Shown in pieces: positions 1 to 10,110 of a DNA stretch of 26,300 nucleotides. The notes under the pieces were generated by a model. The model ran no database searches and was not told the DNA's origin. It worked only from the letters and a program-made list of their open reading frames with translations. The number at the start of each line of letters is the position of its first letter. The stretch's first letter is position 1. Source of the DNA: Candidatus Vampirococcus lugosii (GTDB lineage: Bacteria > Patescibacteriota > Gracilibacteria > Absconditabacterales > Absconditicoccaceae); assembly GCF_018420025.1 (NCBI RefSeq), contig NZ_JAEDAM010000005.1, forward strand, positions 1 to 26,300. Direction: 5' to 3'. Position numbers and translations under genes: made by a program.

Positions 1-297
1 TGGCAAAACAATAATCCAGAATGATGGTTCAAAAGTTTCATAGGAATGTTTTTGAAATTAAATACAATACAATATTATGGAGAGGTAGAGAATTTGAAAT
101 GAAGAAAAGATTTAGTGATACCGATAAATAACAAGTATTACATAATAGAGGCGAAAGTAAATAATAGTGCAAAAAAAGCGATAGAACAAATAAATAAAAA
201 ATATTTACCACAGTTTAGCGAAGATGACGAGATAGTAAAAATATGAATAAATTGGAATAAAAAATGATGAGAATTTGATGTTGTTTATGAAAAATAA
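1..297 (+). CDS. PD-(D/E)XK nuclease-family protein, C-terminal fragment (PDDEXK_9-like; 5' end outside window)
   Basis: Frame 1 is open from the window edge with TGA=Gly. Translation: ..YYGEVENLKGRKDLVIPINNKYYIIEAKVNNSAKKAIEQINKKYLPQF..VKIGINWNKKGGEFDVVYEK*. The E-x-GR-D / IIEAK core and the AIEQI..KKY..kiGinf tail are typical of the restriction-endonuclease-like domain at the C-terminus of AAA-ATPase-like/PDDEXK_9 proteins. TAA at 295-297. Confidence 0.7.
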
Positions 298-462
298 TTA
301 ATTTAAACTCATTTTTATAGACTAAAATTTAAAAATCCTTGATTTAATAAAGTATTTACAAGAAAATAAAAACAAATTTATGTACCACACAAATTTTATA
401 ATCTTATTTTAAATATTTTTTGTTGAAGCTCATTTATTTGTTCTAATTTAATTTTTATGGAA

Positions 463-518
463 ATAAAAAAAATAAGAGACAAAATAATTATACTTTATTT
501 TGTCTCTTATTTTTTTTA
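463..518. terminator. Bidirectional rho-independent terminator between convergent genes
   Basis: Perfect 15-bp stem (472-486 ataagagacaaaata / 496-510 tattttgtctcttat) with a 9-nt loop. It is flanked by an A-run upstream and a T-run downstream, and sits between the stops at 295-297 (+) and 528-530 (-). Confidence 0.75.
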
Positions 519-527
519 AATTAATTT

Positions 528-1901
528 TTATGGTACTCTAAGACATCATTTTCCGTCAAAACAATATCAAGCATTTGAACCATGTGCTACCATTTTTCAA
601 TCTATACTAAGAGCAGTATCTGGAGATCCACTTGTATGAGGTGCCATACCTATACCAACTCATTTTTCAACTTCCAACCGTTTAAAATCTACTGGTTCAG
701 TAACTATCAATGTTCAATCTATAAAAACATCTCAATCTACATTAGTATTTTTTAAATTTGTATTTCATCAAACTGTTAAATGTTGATTTAAAGTTGTATC
801 TCATCAAACTGTTAAATCTTGATTTAAATTTGTATCTCAATCTACTTGTAAATCATTCTTCAAATGTGTATTTTCTTCAACAGTTAAATCTTGATTTAAA
901 TTTGTATCTCATAAAACTGTTAAATTTTTATCTAAAGTTGTATTTTCAGTTACATTCAATGTACCATCTATATTTGTATTCTTTAAATTTGTATCTCATA
1001 AAACTGTTAAATTTTTATCTAAAGTTGTATTTTCAGTTACATCCAATGTACCATCTATATTTGTATTTCAATCTACTTGTAAGTTTCACTTTATTGTTGT
1101 AAGTTCAGATGGGTCACTTATATTTACAGTACCTCTAATATTTGAACTATCAGACGGACTATTTCATAAAGTAGTATTTCATCAAACTCTTAAATTTTTA
1201 TCTAAAGTTGTATTTTGAGTTACATCCAATGTACCATCTATATTAGTATCTCAATCTACTTGTAAATCATTCTTCAAATGTGTAAAATCTTCTACAGTTA
1301 ATGTTCAACTCATTGTTGTATTTTCATCAACATGTAAATTATCCTTCAAATGTGTAAAATCTTCTACAGTTAATGTTCAACTCATTGTTGAATTTTCTTG
1401 TACATGAAGATTTTGTCTTAAATTAGTATCTCAATCTACTTGTAAATTATCCTTCAAATGTGTTTTTTTAGTTACATCCAATGTACCATCTATATTTGTA
1501 TTTCAATCTACTTGTAAATCATCCTTCAAATGTGTTTTTTTAGTTACATCCAATGTACCATCTATATTTGTATCTCTATCTACTTGTAAATCTCTACCAA
1601 TATATGTATCACCACTATCAGCACTTATACCAAAAGTTCTATTATAAGTACCACTACTAGTACCAGTAAATGTTTGAAAAGTTTCATAATTTGATCAACT
1701 TCAAGCATTTATTTCAAGTCTTGTATTTCAATCAATTCTTCAATTATGTTGGAAAAACATATGTTTTATATATGCCTTTGTATTATCAATATGCTGTTTA
1801 ATTGTTAAATCAGCAGAAAAAGATATCGCAAATATCAAAAAAGAAGATACTCAAAATCATAATATATACTTATAGTTATTACTATTTATTTTTGTTTTCA
1901 T
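528..1901 (-). CDS. Secreted/anchored repeat protein, 457 aa; octapeptide (L/V-x-V-x-G/E-N/D-T-x) beta-helix/fibre-like repeats
   Basis: ATG at 1901, TAA at 528-530, length 1374 nt (a multiple of 3), open only with TGA=Gly. The N-terminus has a hydrophobic signal/anchor (YILGFGVSSFLIFAISFSA). The body is repeats such as THLKDDLQVDGNTNIDGTLDVTKK and NLTVLGDTNLKNTNIDGTLNVTENTTLDK. C-terminus: ..VGIGMAPHTSGSPDTALSIDGKMVAHGSNAGYCFDGKGCLRVP*. Confidence 0.8.
901..1067 (-). repeat. In-frame tandem repeat, 80-bp unit with 87-bp period (29 codons)
   Basis: 901-980 and 988-1067 are identical except for one base (tacatTcaat vs tacatCcaat). Both lie inside the 528-1901 CDS. Confidence 0.9.
1272..1390 (-). 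repeat. In-frame tandem repeat, 72-bp period (24 codons)
   Basis: The 47-bp string cttcaaatgtgtaaaatcttctacagttaatgttcaactcattgttg occurs identically at 1272-1318 and 1344-1390. Confidence 0.9.
1431..1573 (-). repeat. In-frame tandem repeat, 72-bp period (24 codons)
   Basis: 1431-1501 and 1503-1573 match over 71 bp with one mismatch. They encode duplicated THLKD(D/N)LQVDGNTNIDGTLDVTKK. Confidence 0.9.
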
Positions 1902-2076
1902 ATTTTTTTATTTTTATATATATAAAATATTATTTTTTAATAAAATAATTAAATACAACAATATTATATAAACTTTTTTTTATTTGTCAAACTATTTTTA
2001 AACTTTTTTGTAATAAAATTAAATTTTAAATAATATGTATAAATAGAATTAATTTTAAAACTGTTTTACACTTTTT

Positions 2077-2604
2077 TTATACTAATTTAAATAAATTATC
2101 TTTTAAAGATTTTCTCAATAAGTTTATTATTTCATTTAAAGATCAATAAAAAATTTCTTTTTCTTTATCATTACAAAAACTCATTTTTAAATTTTCAGGC
2201 ATAAAATCAATTATAGATGAATCAACTCAATCAAAAAAAGATTTATCAAAAACTTCATCTTCATACATTATATATTCCAAAAAAATTTTAAATTCTTGAT
2301 TTGTATTTTCAAGATTTGACATATTAATTCAAAATTGATTTGTTTTTTCTATATAAGGCATTATAGAAAATAATAAATCATTAATAATTTCAATATTTAT
2401 TTTTCATTCATCATTCAATAAATTTTTTATATATGGAACTATACAATTACAATTATGTAAATTTATATAAAACCATAATTTTATAAATTCACATTTAAAT
2501 TTTTTTAATTCCAAATTATCTTCCAATTCAGAAGAAAAAATTTTTATCAATCAATGATATTTTATTTTTTTTAAATTATTATCTTCATTCATAATCTCTT
2601 CCAT
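2077..2604 (-). CDS. Hypothetical protein, 175 aa (last gene of the four-gene cassette)
   Basis: ATG at 2604, TAA at 2077-2079, 528 nt, open with TGA=Gly. It starts 12 nt after the stop of the upstream 738-aa gene. Translation: MEEIMNEDNNLKKIKYHGLIKIF...KCEFIKLWFYINLHNCNCIVPYIKN...LRKSLKDNLFKLV*. I recognise no family. There is a small C/H cluster (C-x11-H-x-C-x-C). Confidence 0.6.
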
Positions 2605-2616
2605 TTTTTTTAATAA

Positions 2617-4833
2617 TTATTTAAATGTAATATGTAAACCAAAATTTCTTTTTTGAAATATGATACTAAATCAATCAATATCTAATTCATAAACTTTATT
2701 AAATACATCAGATGTAAACAATCAAATAATTATATTTTCAATATTTTCAGATATTTTTTGATTTATAAAATCTATGTATTCCATATAATTTATATTATTA
2801 GATTTCATATAAAATGATATATTATTTAAATATCAAAATTTATATGCTTTTATAAAATTTTCTTCTAATTTTTGATTTAATCATACTATTCATTTACTAA
2901 CTTTATTAAAATATATATCCAAATTCTCTTCTACAGATTTTATTATTAATGTATTTAATTCCAATGAATTATATAATTCATATGAATCATCAACTTCTTG
3001 ATAAGATAATGATAATCTTCATTTCATACCAGATTCTTTTAATGATTTATCTACTTTTTTAATTGTACTAAATACAAATTTTGTTCATCTTATGAAAATA
3101 TATAATTCATCTCATCAAGCACTTAATTCTATATTATCTCAAATTTTATCAGAAAGAGATTTTATAAAATAATTAAATTGTGATGTAACTAATGATCAAG
3201 TTGATAATAATATATCTTCATCTTTATTGATTTTATAATCTTTTATAGTATTTTTAAAATCAGAAAAATTCATAATTCACATATCTTTTATATCTACAAA
3301 TATTGAAATTCAATTTTGTGATTCTATATTTTGCATAAATTTATCTTTTGATAACATTCATTTATGAGAATGTGTTTGCAAAAATTCTATTCTTTTTATT
3401 TCTTCTTCATTTATTTCTTTTCATTTAAGATATGAATCTAATATTTCATTATCTCTATTTGCATCTTGTAAACTTTTATTTATATTTTCTCATCAAGGAA
3501 AAATAAAATCAAATCAATTATTTAATCCAAGCAAATATTGTTCTATATACCAATTTAAATAAAAATTTTTTGATTTAATTTCTTTTCATTTTCTTTTAGC
3601 TCTTATCAAAGCTGGATTTATAACTTTTTCTCAATCAATTTTTTGAGAAATTACAGGAAAAGTTTGTCAATCTAATTCAAATTCCTCTCATTCAAGTAAA
3701 AATATTTCTTGTTGAAAATAATCAAATTTTCTCATATTCTTTTCTATAATATCATAATTAGTATATTTTATAGGATATTTATTTGAATTTTTGGAAGCTA
3801 ATTCTGCTTGTCTAATTGCATGAACTTTTTCAGTATCTTTATTTAAAGAAGCTATATTTGTATATCAAATTCAAATATCTATTTTTCTCAATACTTTTTT
3901 TATTTTTATTTTTTCTCATTCGGGTAATATATTTAATAACTTATCTGATTTTATTACTTGATTTATTATTTGTTCTCTAGAATCATAAAATAATTGCAAT
4001 ATTTTATTTTCACAATTATTACTCTTTATATTAATTACAAGATTTTTGTAATCATTTTTTATTGTAATATAATTTTTTTGAAATTTCATTTCTATTTTTT
4101 GATAAATATGTTCTTTGATAATATCCATAAAAATATCTACAAAATTTTGTCAAAGATTATCATTCAAATATTTTATATTTTTGAAACTAAATCAAATCAA
4201 TACAGAATTTTCCTTTATTTTCATTATTGATAATAGAGGATGTAATTTTTCTATATTTTTTTTTATTTCTATTTTATCATTTAAATTTTCTTGTCAGTAT
4301 TCTTGTTCAGATTTTAAATCTTCTTCTTCATAGTTATCAATTAAATTTTCATTACTTGAATTTTTAAATCTTTTAAAATTTTTTGAAGTTTTATATTTTA
4401 TATTGGCAGAAAATTTTGATAATTTATAATTAAGTTGCATACTTCATCTTATAATTCATAATCAAGCAAATGGGATTGTTAATATAGAGGATATACTTGA
4501 AACTAATCATCAAGCAGTCCGATTTTCTTTATTTCTAAATAATTTTAATATATCTATTACATTTTCATTTGTTTCTTTATCAGTAATTATATTCATCAAT
4601 CAAATAATTGGATGCATTTTTCCTAATTCTTGTTTTTTTATATCAAATTCATATCAATTTTTAATTCTATAATATAAATATTGTGGTAAAGTTTTGATAA
4701 GTAATGGTATATCAGCAATAATTTTCAATATATCTTCAGCTAATTCAGGTGCTTCAAGTGATATTGCTAACAAAACTCATTTTCAAAATCATTTTTCTCA
4801 ATATTTTTTATTTAAAAAAATGTTTAGATTCAT
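2617..4833 (-). CDS. 738-aa protein with tandem GGDEF/Cas10-like palm modules (first degenerate, second with intact D...GGDE motif); putative nucleotide cyclase
   Basis: ATG at 4833 (in-frame stop upstream at 4858-4860), TAA at 2617-2619, 2217 nt. The standard-code ORF 3916-4128 lies in the same frame. Module 2 reads ISIFVDIKDMGIMN (D codon 3292-3294) ... NIELSAGGDELYIFIRG (GGDEL at 3103-3117) ... GRLSLSY. Module 1 (about 3760-4200) reads VLIGFSFKNIKYLNDNLGQNFVDIFM ... YITIKNDYKNLVINI ... KIDIGIGYTNIA..KVHAIRQAELASKNSNKYPIKY. It keeps the FKxxNDxxG...D...L and SiGiG...A..AK..G frame of GGDEF domains but lacks the catalytic D and GGDEF residues. Confidence 0.7.
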
Positions 4834-5347
4834 CACTAGATAATTTTGAATTAGACTTTAACATAGCTTGTTTTATAGTTTCTCATCATCTTATATTTTT
4901 TATCCATTTGCTAGGACTTGCAAAATAAATAAAATTTAGATCTCTATCTACACTTTCAAATTTATCTAATCATCATAAATTTATAATATCTATTATTCAT
5001 TTATTTAAATATTCAATATAATTTTGAAAATCATTTATTAATATTTTTCATTCTCTATTCATAAAATTATTTATATTAAATTGATTTATATATCAATTTT
5101 TATTTGAATCTAAATTAAAACTATTTAAAACAAAATCAATAATATCTTTATTTAAATTTTCTATAAATTCTTTGGAATTATAATAATCCAACGATTCTTC
5201 ATCTTCAAATTTTTTTATTTCATTACTAAAATTTGTTACAATTTTTTTAATTGTATAATAAGCTTCTTGTTTTGTTATAATCTCAGGATTTTGTTCATCA
5301 TTTTCTATAAAATTTAATCAATTTTTTATTTTATTTATTGAATTCAT
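4808..5347 (-). CDS. Hypothetical protein, 179 aa (second gene of the cassette)
   Basis: ATG at 5347, TAA at 4808-4810, 540 nt, open with TGA=Gly. Its 3' end overlaps the start of the 738-aa gene by 26 nt. Translation: MNSINKIKNGLNFIENDEQNPEIITKQEAYYTIKK...NLGGLDKFESVDRDLNFIYFASPSKWIKNIRGGETIKQAML...*. No family recognised. Confidence 0.6.
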
Positions 5348-5372
5348 TTTAATTTCACAAAATTATTTAAAT

Positions 5373-5552
5373 TTATTTTTTATTTTTGATTAATTTTTTA
5401 TTTAAATCATCACTTTCATTTATCATTTCAATAATATTTGTTTTTTGAAAATCTGATAATTTATGCCAATTTTGTAAAATTAAATTTTTTACTTCATTTT
5501 TTATAATTATAGATTTATTAATTTTTTCAATAATTTCATTATTAAGCTCCAT
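5373..5552 (-). CDS. Small hypothetical protein, 59 aa (possible first gene of the cassette)
   Basis: ATG at 5552, TAA at 5373-5375, 25 nt upstream of the next gene on the same strand. Translation: MELNNEIIEKINKSIIIKNEVKNLILQNWHKLSDFQKTNIIEMINESDDLNKKLIKNKK*. It is short and low-complexity, so the coding status is uncertain. Confidence 0.4.
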   Translation of the reverse strand: MELNNEIIEKINKSIIIKNEVKNLILQNWHKLSDFQKTNIIEMINESDDLNKKLIKNKK

Positions 5553-5899
5553 AACAAAAAGTTACTACATAAATTTCAATTATTATAATGATTTTTTTAA
5601 TTTTTTCAAATATATATTATCTAATCATAATATATTTATTAAAAATAAATAAAAAAACTTATATTACTCATTGAACATAAAAGCAAAAATATTCTATTAA
5701 AATTACTTGAAACAAATTGGTTAAATAAAATAAATTGATAATGATATTTGAAAATTATTGTTTTTGATAGTTTATAACTAGCTTTTTTAATATTTTTCTT
5801 TTTTTTTTATAAAAACTTAGATATAGATGTCTTGATTTTTTAGATTAAAACTATATAAGTTTATATATTTTATATATTAATTTTAAAAAAACAAATATT

Positions 5900-8017
5900 A
5901 TGATAAATAAATTACAAATAAATGAAATTTCAAAAAGTATATTGTGGGAATGAAAACAATTTGAAATAAAAACTTGAAAACTTGCAAGTCAAGCTGATGG
6001 ATCGGTTGTAGTTAAAATATGAGATACTTCCGTTTTGGCGACAGCAGTAATAAATAAAAATCCAGATGAAAATAAAGATTTTATGCCACTAACTATAGAT
6101 TGTAGAGAATCTTTTTATGCTGGTGGTAAAATTTGATGAGCTCTTTATATAAGAAGAGAATGAAGACCATCCGAACAAACTATACTTACAGCTCGTCTTA
6201 CTGATAGACCTATAAGACCTATGTTTCCAGAATGAATGATAAATGATGTAGTAATTGCAATTACTCCTTTGAGTGTAGATAAAGAAAATTGAATATGAAT
6301 TCCTAGTATTATTTGAGCAAGTTTAGCAATAAATTTAGCTTGAATACCTTTTGAATCTGAAGTTTGAGCTGTAAAAATTTGATATAAAGATTGAAATTAT
6401 ATAATAAATCCAACTTATCAAGAAGTAAAAGAATGAATATTAGAACTTACATTAGCTTGAACAAAAGATGCAATTACAATGGTAGAATGTTCTGCAAATG
6501 AAGTTTGTGATGAAATATTATTGGAAGCTTTTAGAATATGACAAGAAGAAATAAGAAAAAATTGCGAATTACAAAATGAATTTTTGAAAAATTTTGAAAT
6601 AGAAAAAAAAGAAATAATAACTAATAAACCTAGTAAAGAACTTATTGAAAAAATAGAAAACTGTTTAAAAATTGAAGAATTAAATAAATTAATACCATCT
6701 AGCAAAAAAGAATTTAATAATCAATCAGAAATTATAAAAAATATAATATTTGAAAATTTTAAAAATGAATTGGAAGATGAAAATAATAAAGAAATAACAA
6801 AAATTAAATTATGATCTTGAGTTTTTAAAGTTATAAAAAATTTTATTAGAAAAAAAATACTAGAAGAAGAAAAAAGAGTTGATTGAAGAAAACTTGATCA
6901 AATAAGACCTCTATATTGTGAAACTTGATTATGAAATAATAGAATTCATTGAATATGACTTTTTCAAAGATGAGAAACACAAGTTTTCAGTGCAACTACA
7001 TTATGAGCACCTTGAGATATTTTATTAGTAGATGATATGGAATCTGATGCTATAGAACAAAGATTTATGCATCATTACAATATGCCTTGATTTAGTACAA
7101 ATGAAGCAAAATCATCAAGATGAGCTAGTAGAAGAGAAATTTGACATTGAAAATTAGCAGAAAAAGCATTGGAAGCAATGATACCAAGTGAAGAAGATTT
7201 TCCTTATACATTAAGAGTAGTTAGTGAAGTTTTCAGTTGTAATTGAAGTACATCTATGGCAAGTGTATGTGCAACTACCCTATCATTGATGGATGCATGA
7301 GTTCCTATCAAAAATCCTGTAAGTTGAATAGCAATGTGATTAATTACTGATTGAGAAAAATTTAAAATTTTGACTGATATACAGTGAGTAGAAGATTTTA
7401 CATGAGATATGGATTTTAAAGTTGCTTGAACTAAAAATTGAATTACTGCTCTACAAATGGATATGAAAATAAAATGATTAAGTTTGGAAATAATAAAACA
7501 AGCAATACAAAAAGCAAATACTGCAAGATTAGATATTTTGGATTTTATGTTGCAAACTATTGATAAACCAAATGAAGAATTAAGTATTTATGCACCCAAA
7601 ATTACAAAAATAAAACTTAAAGCTAGTCAAATTAGAGAAGTTATATGATCAGGTTGAGCAAATATTAATGAAATCACAAAAGAAACTTGAGTTAAAATAG
7701 ATTTTAAAGAAGATTGAACAACAATAATTACTGCAAAAGACACAAAATCTTGAGAAGAAGCTATTAAAATGATACAAGAAAGTATATGGTCTCCTGAAAT
7801 ATGACAAATCATAGAATGAAAAATCACTAGAATAGAACAATATTGATTATTTGTTGATATTGGAAAAAATAAATCATGATTATGTCATGTAAAAAATATT
7901 TGAAAATCTTTTGTAAGTGATCTAAAAACTATGTACAAAGAATGACAAAAAATTAGAGTTAAAATTATATGAATTGATGATAATAATGGTAAAATTGACC
8001 TTAGAAAAGAGGATTAA
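5900..8017 (+). CDS. pnp: Polyribonucleotide nucleotidyltransferase (PNPase), 705 aa
   Basis: ATG at 5900, TAA at 8015-8017. With TGA=Gly the translation gives [104 protein letters not shown], and a C-terminal KH/S1 region (GSGGANINEI..; [16 protein letters not shown]). Confidence 0.95.
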
Positions 8018-8047
8018 TTTTTAATAAATTAAATAATTAATTATAAA

Positions 8048-8353
8048 ATGAATACAATATTTGAAATATTTAAAATAATATTTTTTATTCTTTCTATTAT
8101 TATATGATCATTTTTTTTGAGATGAAATTATTATTTTGATAATAATAGCTTTGAAACTATATGAATGATATTAATGCCATTATATTTATTGATAGTTTGA
8201 GTTATGATATGATATATAATAGCAAGTTTTTTGATTGTAAAAAATGATTTGGAAAAATGAGATTCATCCGAAAATAAAATTTATATACAAGGTTTTGTAA
8301 TATGAACAATTATTTGAGTATGAATAGCGATTTTGTATTTAGTAATGTGATAA
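8048..8353 (+). CDS. Small integral membrane protein, 101 aa
   Basis: ATG at 8048, TAA at 8351-8353. It has three hydrophobic segments (IFKIIFFILSIIIGSFFL; IGMILMPLYLLIVGVMIGYIIASFLIV; GFVIGTIIGVGIAILYLVMG). It lies 30 nt after pnp. Confidence 0.65.
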
Positions 8354-8359
8354 ATATTT

Positions 8360-8908
8360 ATGAAAAAAATATTTTTATATATAATCTTATTATCTTTACC
8401 TTTTTTGACATGATGTTTTGAGTCTGAAAATAATCAAACAGTAGAATTTGATTGATTTGTTATGGAAATAAATGAACATTTCATCCCTATATCAAGTGGA
8501 ACATTTGATTGACAACAAATACAAAATAAAATAATAGCAAGTTACAAAATTGATAGTCTTGAAGACATATACAAAGATAATTTAATAATAAGTAAAAATA
8601 AATTAAATAATAAAATAGATCTGGAAACATATACACAAGCAAATTATAATAAATTAAATAAATGAATTACAACATTAAATAGTATAGAAAACATAAAAAA
8701 ACTTGATTTTGAATGTAAAAATGATAAAATAGATTGATATTATTCAAAATATGAAGTATATGATTCTATTTTTGATGAAGATACAAAATATTATATATTA
8801 CAATATTATTTTATAAAAGATGATAATTGATATATATTATCTTTTAGTTCATGAGAAGATAGATTCTCAGAATTTATAAAAAATATTTGAACAATTTCTT
8901 GTAATTAA
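8360..8908 (+). CDS. Lipoprotein, 182 aa
   Basis: ATG at 8360, TAA at 8906-8908. The N-terminus MKKIFLYIILLSLPFLTGCFE has a lipobox L-T-G-C, where the G is a TGA codon (8411-8413). Confidence 0.75.
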
Positions 8909-8932
8909 TTTTATTATAAATATATAATTATT

Positions 8933-9703
8933 ATGCAAAACAATATTATTATAGAACCAAATAATCCTACTTGAATGTCAATATTACGAAAATGAATAAT
9001 GTGAATTATAGTATGATTGATGCTTGCATTTTTTATTTTCATTATGTATACAGTTTTTTCTTGAGTATTTAGTACAGCATTATCTTCTACTATGAGTGAA
9101 AATTGATGAGCAAATCCACTTTTATCATTAATAATAATGATTATCTGATTTTTCTCAGCAATAATAGGTAATATGATTATATTGATAATGTATAATTTAT
9201 TTTTCTCAAATAAATATTATGATTTATGAAAAATGATTAGTTTATCTTTAATTACAAATATATTTTTATTTTTTTCTATATCTATAATTTATATATTATT
9301 CAATAAGGAACCACAAACATTACTTTTAATACTAGCATTTCATATTATCTTTGCAAATTTTTTATCTTATATAATAATAGAAATATTTACAAATCCAAAT
9401 TATTCAGGTGTACATTTGATAGGTTGAACAATATGAATTAGTCTTACAATAATAATTTTTTTAGTGATTTATAATTTAAATAGTATATGACCATCTTGAG
9501 ATTGAGCACATATATTAATAATAGTACCTCCTATTTTAGTATATACTATATTACCAGTTTTTCATACCATATGGGAAAAATTATATTATAAATTTTATGA
9601 AACTTGAAATAATTTTTTGTATATACCTAGTATAGATGAAGTATTAGTAGATGAAGATGAAATTGAAGATGTAAATGTAGAAGATATTAATGTAGATAAT
9701 TAA
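8933..9703 (+). CDS. Polytopic membrane protein with acidic C-terminal tail, 256 aa
   Basis: ATG at 8933, TAA at 9701-9703. The standard-code ORF 9233-9427 is in the same frame. It has at least six hydrophobic segments. The tail reads ..SIDEVLVDEDEIEDVNVEDINVDN*. Confidence 0.75.
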
Positions 9704-9744
9704 TTAAATACTAAATAAATTTAAAACATAATATAATATAATAT

Positions 9745-10110
9745 ATGTTATTTTATCATATATGATCTTTGATTAAAATTATAATTGGTTTTGCAATATT
9801 ATATATAATATATAATTATATAAATGTTTACCAAGATCCTATAATTGGACTTGGTTTTTGATTTTTTTGATTATTCTTGATATCATGGTGAATTAGTTTT
9901 TATATTTTTTTTATATGATATAAAATATTTTCAAAAAAAGATAATATTTTAATATCATCAAAAAGTTATAAAACTTCATTATTATTTTGATTTTATATAA
10001 TTATAAATACATCTTTAATAATAATGGAAAATCGAACACAAACTATATGAATTGTAACAATAGTAATATTTTTATTTTTACATATATTAACAATATTGGA
10101 AAATGAATAA
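9745..10110 (+). CDS. Small membrane protein, 121 aa
   Basis: ATG at 9745, TAA at 10108-10110. It has four hydrophobic segments. The stop overlaps the next gene's start (ATGAATAA). Confidence 0.6.

Noticed and set aside
758-1102. 114-aa standard-code ORF on the + strand (MYFIKLLNVDLKLYLIKLL...)
   Set aside because: It is a low-complexity translation of the antisense strand of the octapeptide-repeat gene (528-1901, minus strand). That gene gives a coherent signal peptide and repeat protein under table 25.
700-1600. Possible CRISPR array, suggested by the regularly spaced near-identical repeats
   Set aside because: The periods are 72 and 87 bp (multiples of 3). The sequence between repeats is itself repeat-related rather than unique spacers. 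The whole region is one open reading frame on the minus strand, and no cas genes are nearby.
3916-4333. Three standard-code ORFs here (3916-4128 minus; 3994-4230 and 4115-4333 plus)
   Set aside because: The minus-strand one is just a TGA-bounded fragment of the 738-aa gene in the same frame. The two plus-strand ORFs are low-complexity antisense artefacts.
2617-4833. Calling the tandem-palm protein a bona fide Cas10 / type III CRISPR effector subunit
   Set aside because: The window has no CRISPR repeats, no RAMP (Cas5/Cas7-like) genes, no Cas6 and no recognisable CARF or HD domain. Only the two-palm logic is similar, so the Cas10 comparison is kept as an analogy.
6418-7840. Minus-strand ORFs 6418-6705, 7627-7827 and 7649-7840
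   Set aside because: They are antisense to pnp, whose table-25 translation matches PNPase motifs end to end.
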